Positions 30,012-38,725 of a stretch of DNA of 64,000 nucleotides are shown here, piece after piece; positions within the stretch are counted from its first letter, which is position 1; every line of letters starts with the position of its first letter. Both the position numbers and the translations under genes were made by a program. The DNA is from Candidatus Aenigmatarchaeota archaeon. GTDB taxonomy: Archaea; Aenigmatarchaeota; Aenigmatarchaeia; CG10238-14; SpSt-28. The stretch covers positions 644 through 64,643 of the forward strand of contig DAISZX010000001.1 of the NCBI GenBank assembly GCA_036824555.1, read 5' to 3'. The notes below the pieces were generated by a model. The model made no database searches, was not told where the DNA came from, and saw only the letters and a program-made list of their open reading frames with translations.

Positions 30012-30419
30012 TCACTCTTTCACCCTTCTTATACTTTCTACTATCCTTTTCTGCTGGTTAAGTATGTTTCCGATCTCCTCTTCTATTTCCTTTATAGCCT
30101 CTTTCAAAACATCAATCCTTCTTCTCAAAATTTCCGCTGCACCATTTTTATCCAATTCTAAAATTACTCCTGCACCAATGTTTACTAAAAATCTTTCTTC
30201 TGTCATTTTTCCTTTACAATAAACTCCACTACCAATTGAGAAAAGAGAATCCGTACCTTCTTTCAACTCTTCTAAAGAAGAAATCGTATTTTCCATTTCT
30301 TCAATCTTTTCAACAATTTTCTCTCTTTCCTCTAGAAGAGCTTCTAATCTAGCTTGCAAGCTCGAATATAGTAATACCGCTTCTCTTTCTTTCTCTTCCA
30401 TAAAATCTTTTTCTCCCAT
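30012..30419 (-). CDS. pfdA: prefoldin alpha subunit
   Basis: 135-aa coiled-coil/beta-hairpin/coiled-coil protein (LVNIGAGVILE hairpin) in the conserved FtsY-pfdA arrangement. Confidence 0.75.
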   Translation of the reverse strand: MGEKDFMEEKEREAVLLYSSLQARLEALLEEREKIVEKIEEMENTISSLEELKEGTDSLFSIGSGVYCKGKMTEERFLVNIGAGVILELDKNGAAEILRRRIDVLKEAIKEIEEEIGNILNQQKRIVESIRRVKE

Positions 30420-30743
30420 ACTATTTACTTTTGATGTTTTTACTAGGCTAAGTTATTGAAAGGTTAATTGAAAGTACTTTTTCATTACTCACTCTACTAC
30501 CTTTAATCTGTTTTGGCTACTAGATTTGTTATATAGTTTAATTAGTTTAGAAGAAAGCTTATGGACAAAAGCATCATATCAAAGCGGTTAACCAAAATGA
30601 GTGTTTTTCTCGAATAACATTTATGAAAGATTAGCTTTTGCTATCTCCATTTGTTCAATCTCTTATTTTTTAATCTGTTTTGAGGCTAGTTTTACTCGTA
30701 ATGTAAAGTTTTGAGTAACAAAATTTATGAAGCCTTTTTTAAG

Positions 30744-30752
30744 CTTATAAAT
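30744..30752 (+). promoter_or_regulatory. candidate TATA box (CTTATAAAT) for 5S rRNA
   Basis: A/T box centred about 25 nt upstream of the predicted 5S 5' end, preceded by purine-rich BRE-like aagc. Confidence 0.4.
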
Positions 30753-30772
30753 TTTAGACGATAAAGAATGAT

Positions 30773-30895
30773 TGGTTGGCGGCCAGATCGGGAGGGAAAC
30801 ACCCGGTCTCGTTCCGATCCCGGAAGTTAAGCCTCCCGGAGGTGTGGAAAGTACTGCCCCGCATGGGGTGGGAAATCCACGTCGCTGCCAACCGA
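30773..30895 (+). rRNA. rrf: 5S ribosomal RNA
   Basis: GGTTGGCGGCC...CCCGGTCTCGTTCCGATCCCGGAAGTTAAGCC...GTACTGCCC...GTCGCTGCCAACC has archaeal 5S helix I closure and loop C/E consensus; ends approximate to 1-2 nt. Confidence 0.85.
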
Positions 30896-30941
30896 ATTTA
30901 TTAATTTTTTTATTATCTGAGTAAACTCTAAAATTATATAT

Positions 30942-31014
30942 GCCCTCGTCGTCTAGTGGTCTAGGATGCAGGCCTGTCACGCCTGAGACCCGGGTTCGAA
31001 TCCCGGCGGGGGCG
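30942..31014 (+). tRNA. tRNA-Asp (anticodon GTC)
   Basis: 73-nt cloverleaf: acceptor GCCCTCG/CGGGGGC, anticodon loop CTGTCAC, T-arm CCGGG-TTCGAAT-CCCGG, G73; no intron. Confidence 0.9.
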
Positions 31015-31178
31015 CTTGAAAGGCTCTTTCCATTTTATTAACATTAAAGGAGCTGAAGTCGAAAATAAAATCCTAACTTCGAGTATGTTATAATTTGAGA
31101 GAAAAGATCGTTTTGGAAAGTTAGAGACTATTTGCTAAAGAGTTAAAAGTTGAACAATTTTAATGTATAGAACCTCTA

Positions 31179-32327
31179 TTACACCCTTTTGTAGCATTTT
31201 CCATCCTTTCCTATGTAAAATCCTTCAGGACAAGTAACGCAAGTGTTATTGTAAGTTTGATAGCCTTCCGGACATTCTACACAAGTTTTGTTGTCGGAAG
31301 CTAATCCAGTTCCGTTTGGACATATATTAACGCATTTGTTATTGTAGGTAAAGGGATAATCCTTGGGACAATCCAAGCAAATATAGTCTTTATTTCCGAC
31401 TCCTGTGCCGCCAGGGCATTTGTTATAACAAGAACCATTATAATAAAATGGATACTCTTTTTTGCAAGGATTTTTGCAATAGTATTTTATTATTGAAGTG
31501 TTGAGAAAATGTAGACAATTCTCAATTATCTTGCCTATTTTGTATGTGGTATCAAATGGTATCCATACACCATCTTCAGTTTCAAAATATTGAAATTCCT
31601 TCTCTTTTGAGTAAAAAGAGAGCTCGTTGATTAAATCTTCTATGTTTTTGGTCGGGAAGAAGACTTCTGCCCATGCATGGTGACAATTAATAACATATCT
31701 TATCCTAACAAAACTCCCTATAGAAGCACTCATAGAAGCAAAAAGTATCGCTTGGTCATCACACTTTCCGGCTTTGAGCTTTAGGGTTTCATTTGGAGGT
31801 AAAGCTTCCGAATAACTTCCTGGCAAATATCTGATGTTCTCCTTAATCCACTTATACAACAAGAAATTGTAAAGTAAGTAAGGAAATGTCGAAGCTCCGT
31901 AGTTAGGTAAGAGAGAAATCGTAAATTCTTTCAAGCCTTCAGGATCTATTTTCTCTTCGCACTCATAACTTACAAAAGCGTCAACAAGCTTTTTGTATAT
32001 AATATCGACTTCTGGCTGAAAGTATATACATTTTCCGGTTCTATTCTCATAAATTTGAAGATATCCTATTTCACATTTTTCGTAACACAACCCTCGAAAA
32101 TATATTGGATATTTTTTTGGACAGCTTGACGACTCATGTAAAATTAGAGTAGATTCAGCCCTTTTTAAACTCTCGTTTTCCATTTTAAATTCCAATATTG
32201 GAGTAAATTCCTTCACAGTCTGGTTGAATTTATATTCTTCTTCAACCACGAAAAACTCTTTCAAGCTATGAAAAATTAGAGCTAAAATTAAGATAACAAT
32301 CAAAAAAATGAACACTTTCTTCATCAT
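31179..32327 (-). CDS. secreted/membrane-anchored transglutaminase-like cysteine protease domain protein with C-terminal Cys-rich repeats
   Basis: N-terminal signal/TM; Cys-His-Asp core (GKCDDQA ... CHHAWAEVFFP ... WIPFDTT); C-terminus has repeated C-P-x-x-Y-x(n)-C-x-x-C-P-x-G-T-G modules. Confidence 0.55.
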   Translation of the reverse strand: MMKKVFIFLIVILILALIFHSLKEFFVVEEEYKFNQTVKEFTPILEFKMENESLKRAESTLILHESSSCPKKYPIYFRGLCYEKCEIGYLQIYENRTGKCIYFQPEVDIIYKKLVDAFVSYECEEKIDPEGLKEFTISLLPNYGASTFPYLLYNFLLYKWIKENIRYLPGSYSEALPPNETLKLKAGKCDDQAILFASMSASIGSFVRIRYVINCHHAWAEVFFPTKNIEDLINELSFYSKEKEFQYFETEDGVWIPFDTTYKIGKIIENCLHFLNTSIIKYYCKNPCKKEYPFYYNGSCYNKCPGGTGVGNKDYICLDCPKDYPFTYNNKCVNICPNGTGLASDNKTCVECPEGYQTYNNTCVTCPEGFYIGKDGKCYKRV

Positions 32328-32329
32328 TT

Positions 32330-33412
32330 TTATCCCCTCACAACCAAGCCAAACTCTTTAGCTTTTTCCACAACTTTTCTATACTCTTCCCTACTTATCC
32401 TTCTGTTTATCTTCTCGTTTTTAATCGCTTCAAAGCAAGGATAGTATTGATCCATTATGTTCACTATGCATTTTCTTCCTAAATTTTTAGAGATCCATTC
32501 CAATATTGGAAAGCTACAACATTCAACATGGTTCGGCAAAACTAAATGCCTAACAACAACTTCAGCTTGTTTGCTAGCAATCAAATGATTCCTACTTACA
32601 ACATCCCAATAATTTTTCACTTTTGTCAGTTCTTCAGAACATTTTCCTGGTCCAAATTTAAAATCCGTTAAATAAACATCGACAAAACCGTCTAAAAGCT
32701 TCATAGAGATTTCGCTCATGTACATGTTACTATTCCAAACAATTGGAACATTTTCCTTTACGTATTCAAAAATTTCAAAAATTTTATGCAAGTAAGGAGT
32801 TGGTTCTCCGCCAACAAGGTTTACATTCCTACATCCTTCTCTCCTCCTCCTTTCTATTATTTTTGCTAGAACTTCTGGCTCAATTTCTTCTCCCTTCTCT
32901 AAACGATAGCTTATCGTGTAATTCTGACAAAATATGCATTGCATGTTGCAGGACCAGAAAAAAATCGTGTGAGAAGGTGTAATAAAGCTTTCCTCACCCA
33001 TGTGAATGAATTCAGAAGAAATCCTAACATCATTACCTACCTGACAAAAGCCTTTTAAGCCAGCTTTTCTATCGGCTTTACACTTCCACTCACATAACTG
33101 ACAACTTTTCACAATTTCATTAGCTATAATTTTCTTAAGCGTTAGGAGATTTGTTTTGCGAAATCTAAGCTTTACATTTTCATCCCACTTAACCTCTTTA
33201 AGCAAACTATCATGCAACTCTAATAGCTCGTCTAAGGTAGAGTCTTTTCTTATTTCCACATCAAAACTCTTCAGGATAAGAAATTTTGCTGCAGAGCGAT
33301 TATGAACTACACTAACATATCTCTTTAAAATTCTTCTTATCTCTTCATCTTCAAGGGCATAAACTGCATCTGGTCTTAAATACATAACATCGAGATTTAT
33401 TATTTCTTCCAT
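32330..33412 (-). CDS. radical SAM enzyme, PflA/activase-like (possibly AmmeMemoRadiSam-type)
   Basis: CNMQCIFCQN CxxxCxxC cluster motif with GGEPT SAM site; extra N-terminal CQLCEWKC...C cluster; 3-nt gap to the transglutaminase-like gene downstream. Confidence 0.7.
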   Translation of the reverse strand: MEEIINLDVMYLRPDAVYALEDEEIRRILKRYVSVVHNRSAAKFLILKSFDVEIRKDSTLDELLELHDSLLKEVKWDENVKLRFRKTNLLTLKKIIANEIVKSCQLCEWKCKADRKAGLKGFCQVGNDVRISSEFIHMGEESFITPSHTIFFWSCNMQCIFCQNYTISYRLEKGEEIEPEVLAKIIERRRREGCRNVNLVGGEPTPYLHKIFEIFEYVKENVPIVWNSNMYMSEISMKLLDGFVDVYLTDFKFGPGKCSEELTKVKNYWDVVSRNHLIASKQAEVVVRHLVLPNHVECCSFPILEWISKNLGRKCIVNIMDQYYPCFEAIKNEKINRRISREEYRKVVEKAKEFGLVVRG

Positions 33413-33421
33413 ATTAATTTT

Positions 33422-34525
33422 ATGTCGAATAACGATTTTCCATTTTTTAGAAAGTTATACGAAGAATACAGGAGTTTTGAAAAGGATTTTTTCTTAGAAA
33501 ACTACAGATATTGGGTTGGCAATGAAAATGTGTCTCTGAATAAAGCAAGGAATGGAATTTATGCTAAAATAAAGACATTTTTATGCTTTTTAGATTTTTT
33601 AAGGACAATTTACTATTCTGGAGACATTTTTGAGGCAATCAAGAAGCATAACGAAGATATTTGGTTTGGCTATGAAATTTTGAGCTTTCTTTTGAATAAA
33701 GATCTAATTAAAATAAAAAACGGTAGAGTAATATTCAAAGAAAGCTTTGATGAATTTTTTATTAAACAATTAAGCGAAGCAGAGATAATTAGAAAGCTTA
33801 AGCGTAAGTTGAAAAGAAAGCTGGAATTAGAAAAACCAATGCTATACAATCTAGTTCCAAATTCTCATTTTAAATGGAAGTCAAAGTACGATCAAATACC
33901 AATAACAACTAAATCAGCTATCTCAATTTTATCAAAAATTTCACAATATTATCCTATAAAAGCAAGCTTTGCTTTTATTGGTGACGATGATTTTCTCTCC
34001 ATACCATTTTCAATTATTTTTAATATTCCTACGTTTTCCCTAGACAAAGACAAAAGTTTGCTTTCAGAGGTTGAAGGTATAAGTAAGAAACTAGGGCTCA
34101 ACATTAAAGTTATTGAAGCCGACTTTGTAAGAACAAAAAAAGTTGAGAATTTTTACGGATGTTACACAAATCCGCCTTACAATTACTTTGGCCCTCTTAA
34201 ATTTTTAAGCTTCATTTTACACTCTCTTGAGAAAGAGGGAATAGTTTTCATGGTTTTAGGAAGTGATATGGTTGGGAGAAGATTTGTGCACTTGCAGAAG
34301 GAGATAGCCAATCTAGGATTTTCGATAAAGGAAATATTTCCATCGAGTGTTTCTTATAGATTTCATCTTCACCATAAGGAAGATGAGTTAATTTACAAAA
34401 AGATGAAGAGTTTGGGTATAGATATTAAAGAAAAAGAAACTCTTTTTGCGTCTCTATATGTTCTAGAGCATGTTGGTAATGTTAAAAAAGTTAGCAGAAC
34501 CTCAAACATTTATTCCTACGTTTGA
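33422..34525 (+). CDS. BpsA-like (DUF43) aminopropyltransferase, putative branched/long-chain polyamine synthase
   Basis: FIGDDDFLSIP (GDDDL-S-like motif of N4-bis(aminopropyl)spermidine synthase) and CYTNPPY amino-methyltransferase-type NPPY motif; directly upstream of SAM decarboxylase. Confidence 0.45.
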   Translation: MSNNDFPFFRKLYEEYRSFEKDFFLENYRYWVGNENVSLNKARNGIYAKIKTFLCFLDFLRTIYYSGDIFEAIKKHNEDIWFGYEILSFLLNKDLIKIKNGRVIFKESFDEFFIKQLSEAEIIRKLKRKLKRKLELEKPMLYNLVPNSHFKWKSKYDQIPITTKSAISILSKISQYYPIKASFAFIGDDDFLSIPFSIIFNIPTFSLDKDKSLLSEVEGISKKLGLNIKVIEADFVRTKKVENFYGCYTNPPYNYFGPLKFLSFILHSLEKEGIVFMVLGSDMVGRRFVHLQKEIANLGFSIKEIFPSSVSYRFHLHHKEDELIYKKMKSLGIDIKEKETLFASLYVLEHVGNVKKVSRTSNIYSYV

Positions 34526-34607
34526 GATTTTCAATCAAAAAATAATTTAAAAGGAAAATACAATAAAAAATTAGGAGACTCAGGGAGCATGGGTAGTATA
34601 TTGAAAC

Positions 34608-34961
34608 ATGAAGGTAAAGCATTTGAATGTAAAATTGGCCAATTGTAGAATAGACGAAAATTTGTTTAGCGACGAGTCTTTTATCGAAAAAGTTTTTGAT
34701 GAAATTGTTGATAAACTAAAAATGACTTTTATCGACAAGATATCTTTCAAATTCAATCCCCATGGCTTAAGCATGCTCTACTTGATTGCCGAAAGTCATA
34801 TTGCCATTCACACTTGGCCAGAATACAAGCTGGTAGATTTAGAAATCGTGACATGTAAAGAAGAATCTGATGTTATAGAAGGTTTGAAAGTTGCTATGGA
34901 TTATTTCAAGCCGGAAAAAGTTGAAACTAACTACTGGGAATATACTCACGAAGAAAAATAA
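34608..34961 (+). CDS. speH: S-adenosylmethionine decarboxylase proenzyme (archaeal SpeH type)
   Basis: IAESHIAIHTWPEY pyruvoyl-processing serine motif; KHLNVKLANC N-terminus; 117 aa. Confidence 0.8.
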   Translation: MKVKHLNVKLANCRIDENLFSDESFIEKVFDEIVDKLKMTFIDKISFKFNPHGLSMLYLIAESHIAIHTWPEYKLVDLEIVTCKEESDVIEGLKVAMDYFKPEKVETNYWEYTHEEK

Positions 34962-34966
34962 TTTAT

Positions 34967-35701
34967 ATGAAAATTCCTTTCGATCCGATAGAAAGAGCTG
35001 AATTTTTTGAGAAAGTTGTAATGAAGGATAGTAAGAGGAGATATTATAGATTTAGGTTTGCGCCATATTATGGTGGAATAGTTACTGCCGACACTCTTGG
35101 CTGCTGTTTTCTTTGCGCTTATTGTTGGAATTACTTTAAGAATTTAAATCCAAAGAATTTTGGAGAATTTTATTCTCCAGAAGAAGTTTCTAGAATAATG
35201 ACAGAAATAGCAAGCAAGAAAAAATGCATAAAGTTTAGGATAAGTGGTGCAGAGCCGATACTTGGCAAAAATTCATTTCACCATCTTTTGAAAATACTTG
35301 AGCTGATCAAAGAAAATTTTAATGAGTTTGAATTCATCATAGAAACAAATGGATTAATTCTCGGATATTATCCAGAACTAATAAAAGAGTTAAGGCCATA
35401 CAAAAAATTTATTTTTGTGAGAGTATCTTTAAAAGGTTGGGATGAATATTCTTTTGAGAAAATTTCTGGCGCAAGCGGAGATTATTTTGCTTATACAATA
35501 GAAGCCCTTAAGAAATTAAGAGACAACGACATAATAGCTTGGCCTGCTGTGATGTTTGAGGTATTTGGTAAAAATGGTTTGGAAAAGATAAAGGAAAGAT
35601 TGAGGAAAGAGAGTATTAATACTGACATTGAAGTCGAATATCTGGAAAAATATAAGTTTGTTGAAGAAAATTTGAAGAAGAGAGGATTATTCTTTTTTTA
35701 A
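34967..35701 (+). CDS. small radical SAM domain protein
   Basis: GCCFLCAYCW contains CxxxCxxC; ISGAEP SAM-binding-like motif; 244 aa; 6 nt downstream of speH. Confidence 0.6.
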   Translation: MKIPFDPIERAEFFEKVVMKDSKRRYYRFRFAPYYGGIVTADTLGCCFLCAYCWNYFKNLNPKNFGEFYSPEEVSRIMTEIASKKKCIKFRISGAEPILGKNSFHHLLKILELIKENFNEFEFIIETNGLILGYYPELIKELRPYKKFIFVRVSLKGWDEYSFEKISGASGDYFAYTIEALKKLRDNDIIAWPAVMFEVFGKNGLEKIKERLRKESINTDIEVEYLEKYKFVEENLKKRGLFFF

Positions 35702-37999
35702 TTTATGCTCAATTTCATAAACAAGCTTTTTAGTTTTTGTTACAGTATCAGGATTTACTGATATCGAATCGATGCCGCATTTAACTAAAAATTCTGTTAT
35801 TTCAGGGTAGAAAGAAGGAGCCTGCCCGCATATAGATACGGTAATTCCTTTTTTGTGCGCTTTCTTAATCAACTCTTTCATTGCTACTAAAACTGCTTCA
35901 TTTCTTTCATCAAAATACCCCATGTTTGCCAAAATTGATGAATCTCTATCTATTCCTAAAACAAGTTGAGTCAAGTCGTTGCTACCAATTGAGAATCCAT
36001 CGCAATATTTAGCAAACTTTTCTGCTAGGAAAATTATGCTTGGTACTTCAGCCATCAGCCAAACTTTGAAAGTTTCACTTCTTCTCAAACCCTCCTCTTC
36101 CATTATTTTCAAGACCTTCTCTAGTTCCCAAGTAGTTCTGACGAACGGCAACATTACCCAGACATTATCTAGTTTGTATTCTTCCCTAACCTTTCTAATT
36201 GCCCTGCATTCTAGTCTAAAGGCCTTTTCAAATTCTGGAGAAATATATCTAGAAACTCCACGCCACCCTATCATTGGATTTGCCTCTACAGGTTCATACT
36301 TTTCTCCGCCAATTAGCTGTCTATACTCATTTGTTTTGAAATCACTAAACCTAACAACAACAAATCTCGGATAAATAGCTTTTGCAACCATTGCTATTCC
36401 TTCAGCAAGCTTATCGATATAATTTTGTTCTTTACCCTTCTCAATCATGTAATTAGGATGCTCTTTAATCCATTCAGCTATTATAAATTCAATTCTCATC
36501 AATCCTATTCCCTCAAAAGGTAAATCTTTGTATCTTTCAATTTCTGTCGGAACACCAAGGTTCATCAATATTTTTGTTTTTGTTTCTAGTTTTCTAGCCT
36601 CTTCCGTAGGAACTTCCATGATTTTTTCCCTTTCTAATAACTCTTTAACTTCCCCATCATATACAAAACCGTTTCTAGAGTCAAGCGTTACAATCATTCC
36701 ATCTTTCAAGACTTCTAGTGCATTTGATACACCAACTATACAAGGAATACCAAGTTCTCTTGATACAATCGCAGCGTGACTAGTAACTCCACCCTCGCTC
36801 GTTATTATACCGCTAGCAATTTTCATGAATGGAACCCAATCTGGAGAAGTCATCTTAGTAACAAGTATGTCTCCCTTTTCTATCTTTTTTCTTGCCTCCT
36901 CTATTGTTAAGCAAACTTTAACCTTTCCTATTGTTGCTCCAGGAGAAGCAGGCAAGCCTCTTAAAATTGGAGGCTTTTCTACAACAATTTTTGCTTCCTT
37001 TTTCTCGTAGAATACAGTAACTGGCCTAGATTGCACCAAATAGACTTTTCCATTTTCACTAGCCCATTCAAAATCTTGTGGAAACTTATAGTGATCTTCC
37101 AACTTTTTTGCTAGATTCCAAAGTTGCTTTATTTCATCTTCAGTTAAGCACAAAGCTTTTCTCATGTCTTCAGGAACTTTTATTTCTTCCAATTCTCCAT
37201 CCTTTTTTGTTATTTTCATCTTTTCTTTAGTACCGATATGAGTTTCTACAACATTTCCAGTATTCTTATCTATAACATACGTGTCAGGATTCACCTCACC
37301 ACTGACAACAGCTTCTCCCTGCCCATAAGAAGCTTCTATAACAATTTTACTTCTTTCTCCCGTAACAGGATGTATAGTAAAACCTATTCCAGCTTTATAT
37401 TTTCCGTTCAAATATTCATCTTTACTCAAAACTCCAAGTTGTTTTTGGACAACAACGGCAATATAAACCTTTTCGTGCTTAAATCCTTTTTGCTGTCTGT
37501 AAAAAGTTGCTCTTGCAGTAAACAAGCTTGCCCAGCATTTTTGTACAGCCCTTAAAACATCCTCCTTTCCTTTAATGTTTATTAAACTTAGTTGCTGACC
37601 AGCAAAACTAGCTTCTTTTACGTCTTCTGCCGTAGCAGAACTTCTGATAGCAACATACTCTTCATCTTTGCTAAACTCCTTAGATAATTTTTCGTAAGCT
37701 TCGATTATTTCTTTTCTTATTTCTTCTGGCATCTTTGCATTTTCAATTAATTCCCTAATTTTTTTCGTATTTTCCTCAAGATTCGTAGGATTATTAAAAT
37801 CTGTTTCTTTTAGAATTTGAATGATTTTTCTTTTAAGTTTGGTTCTTTTAAGAAATTCTTTATAGGCTTCGGCAGTAACAACAAAGGCTTGTGGAACAGG
37901 TAGGCCAGCATTATACATTTCTCCTAAATTAGCTGCTTTACCTCCAACCAAAGGCAAATCATTTTTTGACAATTCTTTTAACCACTTTATAAATTTCAT
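35687..37999 (-). CDS. ppsA: phosphoenolpyruvate synthase (pyruvate, water dikinase)
   Basis: 770 aa; PEP-utilising enzyme N-terminal ATP-grasp, phospho-His domain (GGVTSHAAIVSRELGIPCIVG) and C-terminal PEP/pyruvate TIM barrel. Confidence 0.9.
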   Translation of the reverse strand: MKFIKWLKELSKNDLPLVGGKAANLGEMYNAGLPVPQAFVVTAEAYKEFLKRTKLKRKIIQILKETDFNNPTNLEENTKKIRELIENAKMPEEIRKEIIEAYEKLSKEFSKDEEYVAIRSSATAEDVKEASFAGQQLSLINIKGKEDVLRAVQKCWASLFTARATFYRQQKGFKHEKVYIAVVVQKQLGVLSKDEYLNGKYKAGIGFTIHPVTGERSKIVIEASYGQGEAVVSGEVNPDTYVIDKNTGNVVETHIGTKEKMKITKKDGELEEIKVPEDMRKALCLTEDEIKQLWNLAKKLEDHYKFPQDFEWASENGKVYLVQSRPVTVFYEKKEAKIVVEKPPILRGLPASPGATIGKVKVCLTIEEARKKIEKGDILVTKMTSPDWVPFMKIASGIITSEGGVTSHAAIVSRELGIPCIVGVSNALEVLKDGMIVTLDSRNGFVYDGEVKELLEREKIMEVPTEEARKLETKTKILMNLGVPTEIERYKDLPFEGIGLMRIEFIIAEWIKEHPNYMIEKGKEQNYIDKLAEGIAMVAKAIYPRFVVVRFSDFKTNEYRQLIGGEKYEPVEANPMIGWRGVSRYISPEFEKAFRLECRAIRKVREEYKLDNVWVMLPFVRTTWELEKVLKIMEEEGLRRSETFKVWLMAEVPSIIFLAEKFAKYCDGFSIGSNDLTQLVLGIDRDSSILANMGYFDERNEAVLVAMKELIKKAHKKGITVSICGQAPSFYPEITEFLVKCGIDSISVNPDTVTKTKKLVYEIEHKLKKE

Positions 38000-38032
38000 A
38001 AAAGGTTATTCTCTTTCTTATTAAAAAGTTTT

Positions 38033-38713
38033 ATGAGAGTTGGTGTTCTGTTTAGTGGGGGTAAGGATTCAACCTTGGCTTTAATTAAAGCTAGCAGAAT
38101 GCATGACGTAAAATGTTTAATTTCGATTATACCTGAAAATCAAGAGAGTTATATGTTCCACGTTCCGAACATTTTGCTAACAAAATATCAAGCCGAAGCA
38201 ATGGAAATTCCAATAATACAAAAAATCACAAAAGGAGAAAAGGAGAAAGAGTTAATTGATTTGAAAAAAGCAATCGAAGATGCAAAGGAAAATTTTGAAA
38301 TTGATGGAGTTGTTAGCGGAGCAATTAAATCAAATTATCAATATTCGAGAATTAAGAGAATTTGCGATGAATTAAATCTTGAATTGATTTTGCCACTTTG
38401 GCAAATGGATGAAATAGAAGAGTTAAAGGAAGTAGTAAGAGAGGGAATTATTGCAATTATTGTTTCAGTTTCATCTTACCCATTAACAAAAGACTTTCTT
38501 GGAAGACAGATAGATGAATCAATAATTAAAAAATTTATTGAATTTAGAGAAAGATTCGGTCTTAATCCTTCTGGAGAAGGAGGAGAATACGAGACCTTTG
38601 TTACAGATGCTCCTGTTTTCAAGAAAAAAATTTTGATTGAAAATTATGAAATTTTTTACGACGAAAATTGGGGGATAATGAATATAAAAAGCGTTAAGTT
38701 GATTGGAAAATAG
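38033..38713 (+). CDS. diphthine-ammonia ligase Dph6-like (MJ0570-family PP-loop ATPase)
   Basis: VLFSGGKDS PP-loop and GEGGEYETFV motif of the MJ0570/Dph6 family; 226 aa. Confidence 0.7.
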   Translation: MRVGVLFSGGKDSTLALIKASRMHDVKCLISIIPENQESYMFHVPNILLTKYQAEAMEIPIIQKITKGEKEKELIDLKKAIEDAKENFEIDGVVSGAIKSNYQYSRIKRICDELNLELILPLWQMDEIEELKEVVREGIIAIIVSVSSYPLTKDFLGRQIDESIIKKFIEFRERFGLNPSGEGGEYETFVTDAPVFKKKILIENYEIFYDENWGIMNIKSVKLIGK

Positions 38714-38725
38714 TTTAAACTGAAT

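Noticed and set aside
30420-30770. Possible SRP (7S) RNA next to the SRP54/FtsY genes
   Set aside because: Looked for GC-rich, helix-forming sequence; this region is very AT-rich with no convincing long helices, so no SRP RNA call.
30663-30980. 105-aa minus-strand ORF
   Set aside because: Runs antisense straight through the 5S rRNA gene and into tRNA-Asp; product is low-complexity; artefact.
14988-33412. AmmeMemoRadiSam system
   Set aside because: AMMECR1 (14988..15551) and a PflA-like radical SAM (32330..33412) are both present but 17 kb apart and on different strands, and no MEMO1-like gene was found; not called as a system.
35979-37555. Several 60-130-aa plus-strand ORFs
   Set aside because: All lie inside and antisense to the PEP synthase gene; Ser/Leu/Phe-rich shadow frames typical of AT-rich DNA.
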